Shown: piece by piece, positions 7,071-18,361 of the stretch | Position numbering within the stretch: the first letter of the stretch is position 1 | How the letters are laid out: every line of letters begins with the position of its first letter | NCBI GenBank assembly: GCA_964532635.1 | Contig: CAZHIK010000003.1 | Coordinates: 1 to 35,143, forward strand | Length of the DNA stretch: 35,143 bases | Direction: 5' to 3' | From: an uncultured Enterobacterales bacterium | GTDB taxonomy: Bacteria; Myxococcota_A; UBA796; JAFGLY01 | Notes under the pieces: generated by a model | What the model saw: the letters and a program-made list of their open reading frames with translations, nothing else | Databases searched by the model: none | Told to the model about the DNA's origin: nothing | Made by a program: the position numbers and the translations under genes

Positions 7071-8249
7071 TTGCTCTCCACCCTCCTCTCCCTCGCCCTC
7101 GGCTGCTCCCCCGGCGAAGCGCCGCCAGACTGTGAGCCCATCAGCTGCGACAGCGCGAACGATGACAGCGCCGTGGAGGACAGCGACGAGCCCAACCCAG
7201 ACATCGTCCAGGAAGCCAGGGGTCTGTGGCTGTGGCCCGAGTGGGGCAACGACCCGCACGAGGGCCCGGCGGCCATCGAACAGGAGGTCTCGCGCCTGCT
7301 GGAAATAGGCTTCAACCTCTTCATTCCCTTGGTGGAAAACCACTCCGCCTACTACCCCTCGGAGCAGGTCTCGCTCTACGAGGGCTGGGACGCCTACGAC
7401 TACCCTCGCGCCTTCATCGACGCGGTGCAGACCCACGACAGCGAGGGCCGCGCCGAGGTGCACCTGTGGACCGCGGTCTTCCACCAGAGCGATCTGCTCG
7501 AGGAGCACCCCGAGTTCGCCACGGTCCACCAGGACGGTACCCCCGACAGCGGCATGGCCTGCCCCACCCACCCCGAGGTCCGGCAGCGCGCCCTGGCCGT
7601 GGTGGAGGAGCTGTGGGACCGCTACCCCGAGGGCGTGGTCCACCTGGACTACGTGCGCCACCCCGAGGACGGCTGCTACTGCGAGACCTGCCGGGCGGCC
7701 TACGAGGGCGAGTACGGGGAGGACCCGCACGAGCTGGATCCCATGGACGAGACCTGGGTGGCCTGGCGCGCCGAGCGCGTCACCACCTTCGTGCGGGAGG
7801 TGCGGACCGCGGCCCAGACCCGCGATCCCGAGCCCAGGATCTCCGCCGCGGTCTTCGCGGTACCAGGCCCCACCGAGGCGCTGAGCCTGGTGAGTCAGGA
7901 CTGGCGGGCCTGGCTGGACGAGGGCCTGATCGACCTGGCCATGCCCATGCTGTACAGCGACAAACACAGCGACTTCGTGAGCAGCTGCCAGGCCTGCTTG
8001 GGCGCGGTACCTCCCGATCACCACCAGTACGTGGGCATTGGCCTGTGGACCTTCGCCGAGCAGGATCAGCCCGAGGAAGCGCTCACCCAGATCGAGCTGG
8101 CTCGGGCCCTGGGGGCCGAGGGTCACGTCCTCTTTCGCGCCGCCTACCTCGACGACGACACCGCGGTGCTGCTCGAGGAGCTGTACGCCCAGCCCGCTGT
8201 GCTCCCCCACCGGGAGGACCACGAGCCAGCTATGATGGTCCTACCATGA
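7071..8249 (+). CDS. Lipoprotein, glycosyl-hydrolase-like family 10 (GHL10/DUF187, YngK-like)
   Basis: TTG 7071 is the only possible start after the in-frame TAG 7050-7052, and GAGG lies 9 nt upstream. The lipobox is LSLALGC. A TIM-barrel-like pattern includes VVHLDYVRHPEDG, which resembles the GHL10 signature HlDyiRyP. Confidence 0.6.
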   Translation: MLSTLLSLALGCSPGEAPPDCEPISCDSANDDSAVEDSDEPNPDIVQEARGLWLWPEWGNDPHEGPAAIEQEVSRLLEIGFNLFIPLVENHSAYYPSEQVSLYEGWDAYDYPRAFIDAVQTHDSEGRAEVHLWTAVFHQSDLLEEHPEFATVHQDGTPDSGMACPTHPEVRQRALAVVEELWDRYPEGVVHLDYVRHPEDGCYCETCRAAYEGEYGEDPHELDPMDETWVAWRAERVTTFVREVRTAAQTRDPEPRISAAVFAVPGPTEALSLVSQDWRAWLDEGLIDLAMPMLYSDKHSDFVSSCQACLGAVPPDHHQYVGIGLWTFAEQDQPEEALTQIELARALGAEGHVLFRAAYLDDDTAVLLEELYAQPAVLPHREDHEPAMMVLP

Positions 8250-8545
8250 GATCCCAGCTGCTCCTCCTCGCACTCCTTCCCGCCACGGCACTGGCCACGG
8301 AGCCCGAGGCCCCGGCCCAGGAGCCTACCGCAGAGGCCGAGGCTCCCCAGCTCGATCCCGCTGTGGTCACCTGGTACCAGGACATGCGGCTCGCCTGCAC
8401 GGACAAGCGCCAGGCCATCGAGCTGGCCCAGGGCCAGACCGACACCGCATGGCGGGCCTGGCAGGCGGAACCCGCCGAAGAACAGCGCGCCAGCTTGGTG
8501 CAGCAGCTCGAGGGACTGCAACGCCTATGCGGTAGCGTGGAGTAG
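8246..8545 (+). CDS. Small secreted hypothetical protein (99 aa)
   Basis: ATG 8246 overlaps the GHL10 stop (ATGA). The Sec-type signal is MRSQLLLLALLPATALA-TE. The mature part is helical and Glu/Gln/Ala-rich with 2 Cys. The listed ORF 7226-8545 is an off-frame shadow upstream of this start. Confidence 0.55.
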   Translation: MRSQLLLLALLPATALATEPEAPAQEPTAEAEAPQLDPAVVTWYQDMRLACTDKRQAIELAQGQTDTAWRAWQAEPAEEQRASLVQQLEGLQRLCGSVE

Positions 8546-8643
8546 GCACCCCCTACCGAACAAAGGGGCGTAGTTCATCTGCGCCCGCACGCCACGAAAC
8601 CTTCAGTCTCCACACTAATGGTTCGATGAGAGGAGCGGACCCC

Positions 8644-9857
8644 ATGAAACGCGGCACTGCCATCCACGACACCCTGAGGCGCGCCCGCCTGTTTGCCGGC
8701 GTGCCCCTGGCGGACTTCCAGCTGGTGCTGTCCACCATGCGAAAGGTGGAGCTCGCCCAGGGAGAGCGACTGTTCCAACAAGGGGATCGGGGCGAGGCCA
8801 TGCACGTGCTGGCTTCGGGCAAGCTGGCGATCCTGGTCAAAGACGCCCACGGTCGAGAGAACAAGATCAGCCAGATCGGTCCCGGCGCCTGCGTCGGCGA
8901 GATGACCTTCCTGGACCCCCAGCCCCGCTCCGCCTCTGTGGCCGCCATGGAGCCGAGCCTGGCCCTGGAGCTGGACCGCCACCTGCTCGAGTACCTCCGC
9001 GCCGACGCTCCCCGGGCCGCGGTGGCCATCGTCGGCGGCATCATCGAGCAGCTCAACGAGCGCCTGCGCGACACCAACGACCTGATCGACGTGCAGCTGC
9101 GGCGCCTCAAGGCGACCAAGGGCGCGCCTCCGCCCACCGTGGAGGTCCCCCGCCATCCCCGCGGTCCGGCCCCACGCCCCTACGGAGGGCACCTGGACCT
9201 CGAGGAGCTGCGAATGCTCCGAGGGCTCACCTCGGCCGACCAGCGCCTGCTGGCTCAGCTGGCGCCCCCTCGGATCTACGAGGATCGCTCCCTGCTGTGC
9301 CACGAAGACGACCCGGGAGCCTCCTGCTTCGTGGTGCTGTCGGGCCAGGTGGACATCCTCAAGGCCATGCGCGGCAAACGTCGCCGGCTGGCCACCCTGA
9401 AGGCCGGCTCCATGGTGGGGCAGCTGGCCCTCGTGGATCCCGCCCCCCGCTCGGCCACGGTGCGGGCCCGCGGGCGCGTGGTAGCCATGGAGCTGTCCCA
9501 CATCGACTTCCAGAAGCAGCTGGCCAAGGGCAGCCCCCTGGCGCTGCGCTTCCAGGAGCAGATCGCCGTCTCCGGCGTGCACCAGCTGCGCATGGCCAAC
9601 GGGCGCTGCGTGCAGCTGTTCGACAAGGCCAAGCACGCCCACGGCCGTGCCCCCGAAGCCCCCAAGAAGGCCTCGGCCCCCAGCAAGCGCCCCCGCACCC
9701 TCCCCCAGGAGAGCGTGCGCATCGAGGATCCCCTCAACTTCGTCAAGACCGCCCTGCGCGAGTGGGGCATGTCCATGGACGAGCTGGACAAGATGGAGGT
9801 GGTCCAGGCCGACGGCATGATGACGGCGGCCGAGATCGCTGCGCGCAAGCAGCGGTT

Positions 9858-9861
<4 letters not shown>
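8644..9861 (+). CDS. Protein with two tandem cyclic-nucleotide-binding (CAP/Crp effector) domains and no recognisable output domain
   Basis: AGGAG precedes ATG 8644, with an alternative ATG at 8626. Domain 1 reads LFAGVPLADFQ...GDRGEAMHVLASGKLAI...IGPGACVGEMTFLD..PRSASVAA. Domain 2 reads LRGLTSADQ...GASCFVVLSGQVDI...GSMVGQLALVDPAPRSATVRA. The C-terminal ~110 aa are a Pro/Ala/Lys linker plus an uncharacterised tail. Confidence 0.85.
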
Positions 9862-11398
<1,537 letters not shown>

Positions 11399-11399
<1 letters not shown>

Positions 11400-11836
11400 C
11401 AGCCCTCCAGGTGAGAGGCGGGCGCTCGGTTCAGGATCAGCCAGTACACCCCCAGCTGCCCTACGGCCTGCACGAAGTCCGGGAAGCTCACGGGCTTGCG
11501 GATGTAGGAGTTGGCCCGCAGCCGGTAGCTCTGGATCAGGTCCCGCTGCTCTCCGGAGGTGGTCAGGACGACGATGGGCAGCAGCTCCGTGCGCGGATCG
11601 GCACGCAGCGTGCGCAGCACTTCGAGCCCGCCCACCCTGGGCAGCTTGAGATCGAGCAGCACCAGGGCAGGCTGAGGGCCCGCGTCCGGCCCCAGCAGGA
11701 TCTCGAGGGCCCGGGCGCCGTCCTCGGCCACCTGGATGGGGTTGACGATGCCCGCCTTCTTCATGGCCCGCTTGGTGAGGGTCACGTCGTCGGGGTTGTC
11801 CTCGACCAGGAGGATGTGGTTGTGCGTAGCAGGCAT
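11399..11836 (-). CDS. Single-domain response regulator (CheY-like receiver)
   Basis: Receiver motifs are ILLVEDNPDD, LVLLDLKLPRVGG and SYIRKPV. The start is ATG 11836, or GTG 11842 which would overlap the upstream stop as GTGA. Confidence 0.85.
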
Positions 11837-11838
11837 GA

Positions 11839-13449
11839 TCACGCTCCAGGGAGTGGGACGCTGTCAGGCCCCAGCCCGCAGCTGGGAAGGATGAAGGTGA
11901 AGGTGGCCCCCTCACCAACGCGTCCCTCGGCATGCACCCGGCCGCCGTGGCGGAGGATGGCGCGATGGACGGTGGCGAGCCCGATGCCGTTGCCGGGGAA
12001 CTCGGTCACCCCGTGCAAGCGCTGGAAGGGTCCGAAGAGCTTGCCGACGTAGCTCATGTCGAAGCCCGCGCCGTTGTCGCTGACGGATACCGCCAGCTCG
12101 CCGTTCGCGACCCGGCCGCCCACGCGGATGCGAGCCACGGGGCGCTGCCCGGTGAACTTCCAGGCGTTGTCGAGCAGGTTCTGCATCGCGACCCGCAGCA
12201 GGGCGCTGTCACCGGCGACCGCGATCTCGGGATCCACGTGGATCTCCGCCTTCCGCTGGGGATCGCGCTCCAGCAGCTCGCCGAGGATCGACTCCGCCAT
12301 GCCCGACAGGTCCACCCGCGACTGCTCGAAGCTCCGCCGGGTGAGGCGGGACAGCCTCAACAGATCGTCGATCAGCCACCCCATGCGCTGGCTCGCACCG
12401 CAGAGCCGCTCGAGGTACTCCCGCCCGTCTTCGTCCAGTCGCCCACCGTAGTCCTCGAGCACCGCCCGGCTGAACCCGTCGATGGCCCGCAGGGGGGCGC
12501 GGAGGTCGTGTGAGACCGAGTAGGCGAAGGCCTCGAGCTCCTTGTTGGCCGCCTGCAGTGCCACTGTACGGCGCTCGACCCGCGCCTCGAGGCCGCGATT
12601 CAGCTCCCGCACCTCCTGCTCCGCCAAGCGCTGCTCAGTGATGTCCCGCGCCACGAAGACGATGGCCCGCCGCCCCTCCACCGGCTCATCCAGCGGCGCG
12701 CTGAGACCCTCGAAGTGGTGAACACCGTCGGGCAGCTCCAGCGCGTACTCGATGCGCTGGGTGGCCCCGCTGTCGATGGTGGTCCGGATCAGGCCCATGA
12801 AGCGCTCCGCCAGCGCGGGTGCGAAGATGTCCTGCAGGCGTGGGTCCCGAACTTCCTCCTTGGGCCGCACCAACAGCTCGTCTTCACCCGTCAGGACCTC
12901 TCGATAGCGGCCGTCCGCGTCCACCAGGAAGACCAGATCCGGCAAGGCGCCGAAGATGGCCCGCAGGCGGGCCTCGCTCTGTTGCAGCGCCAAGCGGGTG
13001 TGAAGGTGATGGGCCACCTCTTCCTGCAGCTGCTGCGTGCGGGCGTCCGCCAACTCCTCGAGGCCCACGGCCTCTTCTTTCTCCCTCGTGATGTCCGAAA
13101 ACACCGTGACGAAGGCGTCCAGACGAGGCGAGAACACCGAGATGCGGAAGTGCTTGGCCATGGGACGGAAGTGGACCTCGAAGCGGTCCGGCTCACCGGT
13201 CATGGCCACCCGAGCGTAGCGCTCCAGGTAGGGCGCAGCGTGGGTACCGTAGACCTCGGTAGCGGTTCGACCCAGCACCGCGTCGCGCTCGAGCCCGACG
13301 ATTCCGACATAGGCGTCGTTGACGTCCAGGATGCGGTAGTCGACCACGACCCCGGCATCATCGTGCACCAACTCGTGCACGGCACAACCTTCGGTCATGG
13401 TCCGGAACAGGCCCTGGTACAGCGCCGCGTCGTGGGTGGGAGAGCTCAT
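11839..13449 (-). CDS. Soluble PAS-PAS sensor histidine kinase
   Basis: The start is MSSPTHDAALYQGLF (ATG 13449, ATGA overlap with the upstream stop). It has two PAS-like modules, the H-box FAYSVSHDLRAPL, and HATPase boxes NLLDNAWKF, DNGAGF and GNGIGLA. There is no hydrophobic segment. Confidence 0.85.
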   Translation of the reverse strand: MSSPTHDAALYQGLFRTMTEGCAVHELVHDDAGVVVDYRILDVNDAYVGIVGLERDAVLGRTATEVYGTHAAPYLERYARVAMTGEPDRFEVHFRPMAKHFRISVFSPRLDAFVTVFSDITREKEEAVGLEELADARTQQLQEEVAHHLHTRLALQQSEARLRAIFGALPDLVFLVDADGRYREVLTGEDELLVRPKEEVRDPRLQDIFAPALAERFMGLIRTTIDSGATQRIEYALELPDGVHHFEGLSAPLDEPVEGRRAIVFVARDITEQRLAEQEVRELNRGLEARVERRTVALQAANKELEAFAYSVSHDLRAPLRAIDGFSRAVLEDYGGRLDEDGREYLERLCGASQRMGWLIDDLLRLSRLTRRSFEQSRVDLSGMAESILGELLERDPQRKAEIHVDPEIAVAGDSALLRVAMQNLLDNAWKFTGQRPVARIRVGGRVANGELAVSVSDNGAGFDMSYVGKLFGPFQRLHGVTEFPGNGIGLATVHRAILRHGGRVHAEGRVGEGATFTFILPSCGLGPDSVPLPGA

Positions 13450-14597
13450 CGCCCGTCGTCCTCGTAGATGGTGGTGAAGCTGGATGCGCTGTCCCTGCCG
13501 CCGCAGGACGTCTCCGTGACGATGGCCTCGAAGGCGGGCCGATGCTGCAGGAACAGCGCCACGAGCCCCGGATCGAACTGCCGACCGGCCTGGGAACGAA
13601 TCTCCTCGACCGCGCGCGCGACGGGCCAAGCCGACTTGTAGGGACGCTCCGAGCACAGCGCATCGAACACATCCACCAGCGCGCAGATCCGGCCGGCCAG
13701 AGGGATGAGCTCCCCCGTCAGGCCGCTGGGGTAGCCCGCGCCGTCCCAGCGCTCGTGGTGGGTCAAGGCGATGGTGCGCGCCAGCACGAGCAGTCGGGAC
13801 TCGTCCCCGGAGAGCAACTCAGCCCCCACGGAGGTGTGGGTCTGCATCACGGCCCGCTCCCTTTCGCTCAGCGGGCCCGGCTTGCGCAGGATGGCGTCGG
13901 GCACACCGATCTTGCCCACGTCGTGCATGGGCAGTGCTGCCTCCAGGCGGGAGCACTCCCGCGCGTCGAGCCCCACCAGGCTCCCCAGCAGCGCCCCCAT
14001 GCGGGCGACGCGGAGGATGTGCTCCCCGGTCTCCTCGTCGCGGAACTCCGCAGCCCGACCCAGCCGTCGAATGAGCTGCTGACGGCTCCGAGTCAGCTCT
14101 CGCGTGCGCTCCCGCACCGCCTGTTCGAGCCGCTCGTTGTGGCTCACCAGATCATGCTCCAGCAGGCTCATCTCCACCAGGTTGCGGATGCGGGCCACGG
14201 CCTCGGCACCGTCGAAGGGCTTGGTCAGGAAGTCTCGCGCTCCCGCCCGCAGGGCCCGCAGCCGGGTCTCGCGGTCCCGCAGCGAGGTGAGCACCAGCAC
14301 GGGCAGGGGTCCTCGGGGCACCTGTTCCCGCAGCGCCTCCATGAGCTCGAAGCCGCTCATTCCCGGCATGCAGAGGTCGGTGAGCACCAGGGCCGGCTGC
14401 ACCTGGCGGAACAGCACTGGGACCTCCCTGGGATCGGTGGTGGTGCGCAGGCCGGTGAAGCCTGCCGCGCGGAGGGTGCGCTCGAGGCCTCGGAGGTTGT
14501 GGATCTCATCGTCCACAGCGAGCAGATCCGCGCCGAGGATGCGGTCTGCAGAGGGCCCGGCCGGGCGCACCTGGATGCGCGGACGGCGAGGGCTCAC
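13446..14597 (-). CDS. Response regulator with HD-GYP domain (predicted c-di-GMP phosphodiesterase)
   Basis: The receiver has LLAVDDE, LVLTDLCMPGMSG and LTKPF. The HD-GYP domain has ALPMHDVGKIGVPD and HHERWDGAGYPSGL. GTG 14597 overlaps the upstream stop (GTGA). Confidence 0.9.
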   Translation of the reverse strand: MSPRRPRIQVRPAGPSADRILGADLLAVDDEIHNLRGLERTLRAAGFTGLRTTTDPREVPVLFRQVQPALVLTDLCMPGMSGFELMEALREQVPRGPLPVLVLTSLRDRETRLRALRAGARDFLTKPFDGAEAVARIRNLVEMSLLEHDLVSHNERLEQAVRERTRELTRSRQQLIRRLGRAAEFRDEETGEHILRVARMGALLGSLVGLDARECSRLEAALPMHDVGKIGVPDAILRKPGPLSERERAVMQTHTSVGAELLSGDESRLLVLARTIALTHHERWDGAGYPSGLTGELIPLAGRICALVDVFDALCSERPYKSAWPVARAVEEIRSQAGRQFDPGLVALFLQHRPAFEAIVTETSCGGRDSASSFTTIYEDDGR

Positions 14598-15739
14598 CTC
14601 GCCTCCTCGGGGGCCGCCGCCGGGAGGCTCACCGTGAAGACAGTACCGCAGCCCTCGCGGCTCTTCACGGACACCAGGCCCCCGTGGGCCTCAACGATCT
14701 GACGCACCACCGGCAGGCCCAGGCCCGTGCCCTTGTCAGCGGACTTGGTGGTGAAGTAGGGCTCGAAGACCCGCTTCTGGAGCTCCTCGGGGATGCCGGG
14801 GCCCGTGTCCTCCACCGACAGGTGCACCCGCTCGCCGTGGATCCAGGTGCGCACGTAGATGCGCTTGTCGCCGTTGGCGCTTTCCCCCATCGCGTCCACG
14901 GCGTTGTTCACCAGGTTGAACAGCACCTGCTCGATCTCATGGGGGCGCACCCGCACCGGCGCAGGCAGGAAGCAGAAGTCAGGCAGCACCCGCACATACT
15001 TGGTACGGCCGGTCTCCCCGAGCAGGGACAGCACCCGACCGACGAGGTCCCGCAGATCATGCACGCCCTGGGCCTGCTTGCTGGGACGCCCCAGCTCGAG
15101 CAGGTTGCGACCGTGGTTCTCGAGATGACCGAGCACCCAGTCCAACTCCCGGATGTCCTCGGCGGTCGCCAGCTCCTCGAACTCGACCTTGTCCGCGAGC
15201 ACCCCCACCTGGAGCCGGAGCACGTGGCACAGGTTGTTCAGCTCGTGGCCCACACCCCCCGCGAGGATGCCCAGGGTGGTCAGCCGCTCGGCGTGCAGCA
15301 GCTGGGAAGTGAGCCGCTCCACCTCCCGATGGAGCAGGTGCTGATCGGCGGTGATGCGGCGGTACTGCACCAGGGCGGACTCCACCGCTGCGATCACCTC
15401 CCGGGTGGGACAGGGCTTTTCGAGGAAACGAAACACGTGGCCGCGATTCACGGCGGCGATGGCGGAGCCCAGATCGGCGTTACCGGTGAGCAGGATGCGT
15501 ACCGAGTTTTCCTGGCGCAGGCGCACCTCAGCCAGGAAGCTCACGCCGTCCATGCCAGGCATACGGAGATCGGACACCACCACCGGAAACGGCCCGTGGC
15601 GCTCCAGCTCGATCAAGCCCTGGGCGGCGGACTCGGCGGTGATGACCTGGTAGGCACCCCGCAGGTTGACCCGGATCCCCGCCAGGAACGCTGGCTCGTC
15701 GTCCACGAAGAGCACCTTGGGAAGCGGAGTGTCAGGCAT
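14594..15739 (-). CDS. Hybrid REC-histidine kinase with no sensor domain
   Basis: The receiver has KVLFVDDEP and VVVSDLRMPGMDG. The H-box is AGGVGHELNNL. HATPase boxes are NLVNNAVDA, EDTGPGI and DKGTGLGL. The ATG at 15739-15737 overlaps the upstream gene by 8 nt. Confidence 0.85.
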   Translation of the reverse strand: MPDTPLPKVLFVDDEPAFLAGIRVNLRGAYQVITAESAAQGLIELERHGPFPVVVSDLRMPGMDGVSFLAEVRLRQENSVRILLTGNADLGSAIAAVNRGHVFRFLEKPCPTREVIAAVESALVQYRRITADQHLLHREVERLTSQLLHAERLTTLGILAGGVGHELNNLCHVLRLQVGVLADKVEFEELATAEDIRELDWVLGHLENHGRNLLELGRPSKQAQGVHDLRDLVGRVLSLLGETGRTKYVRVLPDFCFLPAPVRVRPHEIEQVLFNLVNNAVDAMGESANGDKRIYVRTWIHGERVHLSVEDTGPGIPEELQKRVFEPYFTTKSADKGTGLGLPVVRQIVEAHGGLVSVKSREGCGTVFTVSLPAAAPEEAR

Positions 15740-18356
15740 GGTTCCTTCCTTGGACGCGCTGGGCCGCGTCCTGGGGCAGCAGCACCACGAAGCGGGCCCC
15801 CCCCCCTTCGGCTTCCTCGCAGTGGATGCTGCCCCCGTGCCGGTCCACCACGATGGCGTAGGCGATGGCCAGCCCCTGCCCCGTGCCCTTGCCCGGAGCC
15901 TTGGTGGTGAAGAAGGGCTCGAAGAGCCGGCTGCGCAGCGCCTCGGGAACCCCAGGACCGCTGTCCGAGACCGTCAGCTCCACCATGTCTCCCCTTCGTC
16001 GGGTCCGGACCACGATCCTGCCCAGGCACGGGCCGCGGTTCGGGGCGTTCTCCACGGCCTGCGCCGCGTTCACGAGCAGGTTCAGCAACACCTGGCCCAG
16101 GTCGCTGGCGAAGCAACGGATCGGTGGCAGCTCACCCAGATCTGTCGCCACGTCGGCCACGTACTTGTACTCGTTGCGCGACACCACCAGGGCATCGCGC
16201 ACCAGCTGGTTCAGGTCAGCGGGGGCCGGCTTCTCGCCGCTGGGGTGGGACAGCTTGCGCATGGAGCGCACGATGGCCCGCACCCGGTCCAGACCCTGCT
16301 GGGCTCGCTCGAAGGCCCGCGGGATCTCCTCCAGCAGAAACTCCGGATCGAAGACCCCATCGTCGATCCGGGAGCGCTGGATCATGGGGTCCGTGCGCTC
16401 CTCCTCGTCCACCTCGGCCCCGAAGACGTGGTCGAAGGCCCCGCGCTGCAGGGATCGCTGGTAGGCGCTCTGCACGAAGTGCAGCGAGTCGCCCAGGTAC
16501 TGCAGCGGGGTGTTGATCTCGTGGGCGATGCCCGAGGACAGCCGCCCCAGGGAGTCCATCTTCTGGGCGTGGCGCAGCTCGACCTCGAGGCGCCGCAGCT
16601 CGCTCAGATCCTGGAACACCATCTGCACCACGGCCCGCTCGTCGATGGCGGTCACGGTGGCGGTGACCCGGACCGGCACGCGCCGGTGGGGTGAAGGTTC
16701 GAGGATCCCCTCGAACACGATGGGCTCCCCCGCCCCGATGAACTGGGACCAGCGCTGGGCGAACAGCGCCTGCTCCGACTTCGGACGAAGCTCCGCAGCG
16801 TGCCGACCCACGATCCACTCGCGGCTGCGCTCGAACAGGCGCTCTGCAGCCTGGTTGCAGCGCAACATCACCCCGCTGGCGGCGTCCGCCCAGACGATGG
16901 CGTCCCGGCTGGTCTCGAAGATCAGCCGGAACAGCTCCTCGCTGCGGGCAAGCTCCTCCCGGCCGATGAACTGCGCCACAGCCAGCGCCACGTGCTGAGC
17001 CACCCGCTCCAGCACCTGAACGCGGCGGGGGGTGAAGCGACCGCGGCGGCTGTCGTTGAACTGAAGCAGGCCCAGGGTCCGCTCGCCGTGGCGCAGCGGG
17101 ATCAGGGCCACCGACTCGTAGCCCTGGGCGTTGCAGGTGTTGCGCGTGGGCCCGCCCAGCTCCTCCTCGGTGGCCGTGGCCAACAGCTCCGTGGTGCAGT
17201 TGGTGTAGAAGCTGCCGCCCCCGGTGAAGCAGGGCTGCGACGGATCGGTGCGACCCTGCAGCACATTGCCGCACATGCAAGCGAGCAGAGGTGCTCCGCA
17301 CTCATCGCGCAGGATCCCTCCACCCTGGGCGTAGGTGCAGAGGTTGCGCTCGGCATCCACGAACGCAGCCGGGAAGTCCCGGGTCTCGTAGTATGGAAAG
17401 TCCTCCCCCAGGGTCAGGCGGACGGCCACGGCCTCGCAGCCGCACCAGGCCTGGAGCCGCTCGAGCAGGCCGCGCATGGCCTCACTCCGGTCGGTGGCTC
17501 GGTTCAGCAGCTCGCTGACCTCGATGACGAGCCGCTGCTCGTCGCTCATGGCCTTCAGCTCGGTGACATCGCGCACGGCGACCACGACCTGGTGGGGCCG
17601 GCCCCCGAGGTCCTTGAGGGGGGAAAAAACCACGTCCGCCCAGGCCGGATCGCCCCCATCGCGCTCGTAGCGGTACAGCCCCTGGTGAGGCGCGCCCTCT
17701 TCGAGCACCGTCGCCACCGTGCAGCCGTGCTCGGGATCGCACTCGGCGCCGAAGAAGCTCGAGATCACGCTGCAGTGGCTCCCGACCAGCTCACCAGGGC
17801 CGCCCCCCAGGGTGGCCTCGAAGCGCTGGTTGGCGTCCACTACCCGGCAATCGGAGCCCACCACCGCCAGGCCGTCCTGCAGCTGCCGCAACAGGCCTCG
17901 GTAGTAGCGCTCGCGCTCCGCGACAGCGCGGCGGGCCTCCAGCAGCTCTCTCTCCCGCTGGAGCCGCTCCATCGCGCGCTTCACCGTGAGCGGCAAGAAA
18001 TCCAGGAAGCCGTCGTCCTTGATGAGGTAGTCCCAGGCTCCCAGCTTCATCAGCTCCACCGCCACGCGCTCGTCCCCGTGGCCGGTCATGATGACGAAGG
18101 GGTGCTCCCGGCCCGCCTCTCTCAGCTCGCGTACCAGCCGCAGGGCGTTCATGTCGGGCAGCTGGAAGTCCAGCAGCAGCAGGGCAGGCTCTTCGAGCCC
18201 GAGGGCCCGACCGATCGCCTCAGCGCCGGTATCCACACCGCGGGCGTCGAAGCCCTCCCGCCGCAGCGCCCTGAGGATCAGGCGGCACAGGCCGGGATCG
18301 TCCTCGGCCACCAGGACGATGGGATCGGGGGCGATGCGGGCGGAGGCGTCGGCCAT
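15732..18356 (-). CDS. Hybrid sensor kinase, REC-PAS-GAF(Cys-rich)-PAS-HisKA-HATPase
   Basis: The receiver has IVLVAEDDP and LLLLDFQLPDMN. It is followed by a PAS, a GAF-like segment with 9 Cys, and a second PAS. The H-box is SSGIAHEINTPL. HATPase boxes are NLLVNAAQA, DSGPGV and GKGTGQGL. There is no TM segment. Confidence 0.85.
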   Translation of the reverse strand: MADASARIAPDPIVLVAEDDPGLCRLILRALRREGFDARGVDTGAEAIGRALGLEEPALLLLDFQLPDMNALRLVRELREAGREHPFVIMTGHGDERVAVELMKLGAWDYLIKDDGFLDFLPLTVKRAMERLQRERELLEARRAVAERERYYRGLLRQLQDGLAVVGSDCRVVDANQRFEATLGGGPGELVGSHCSVISSFFGAECDPEHGCTVATVLEEGAPHQGLYRYERDGGDPAWADVVFSPLKDLGGRPHQVVVAVRDVTELKAMSDEQRLVIEVSELLNRATDRSEAMRGLLERLQAWCGCEAVAVRLTLGEDFPYYETRDFPAAFVDAERNLCTYAQGGGILRDECGAPLLACMCGNVLQGRTDPSQPCFTGGGSFYTNCTTELLATATEEELGGPTRNTCNAQGYESVALIPLRHGERTLGLLQFNDSRRGRFTPRRVQVLERVAQHVALAVAQFIGREELARSEELFRLIFETSRDAIVWADAASGVMLRCNQAAERLFERSREWIVGRHAAELRPKSEQALFAQRWSQFIGAGEPIVFEGILEPSPHRRVPVRVTATVTAIDERAVVQMVFQDLSELRRLEVELRHAQKMDSLGRLSSGIAHEINTPLQYLGDSLHFVQSAYQRSLQRGAFDHVFGAEVDEEERTDPMIQRSRIDDGVFDPEFLLEEIPRAFERAQQGLDRVRAIVRSMRKLSHPSGEKPAPADLNQLVRDALVVSRNEYKYVADVATDLGELPPIRCFASDLGQVLLNLLVNAAQAVENAPNRGPCLGRIVVRTRRRGDMVELTVSDSGPGVPEALRSRLFEPFFTTKAPGKGTGQGLAIAYAIVVDRHGGSIHCEEAEGGGARFVVLLPQDAAQRVQGRNHA

Positions 18357-18361
18357 GGAGA

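Noticed and set aside
7050-7073. The beta-helix ORF and the GHL10 ORF are in the same frame, separated by a single TAG, which raises possible stop-codon readthrough or a pseudogenised fusion
   Set aside because: The downstream ORF begins with its own lipoprotein signal (LSLALGC) and has a GAGG RBS. A shared frame has a 1-in-3 chance expectation, and no readthrough context is evident.
8549-8572. Weak hairpins after operon ends: CCCCT-N9-AGGGG at about 8549-8572, and CGAGGG-N12-CCCTCG at 31462-31485
   Set aside because: The stems are only 5-6 bp with large loops and no U-tract. This is not distinguishable from chance in GC-rich DNA.
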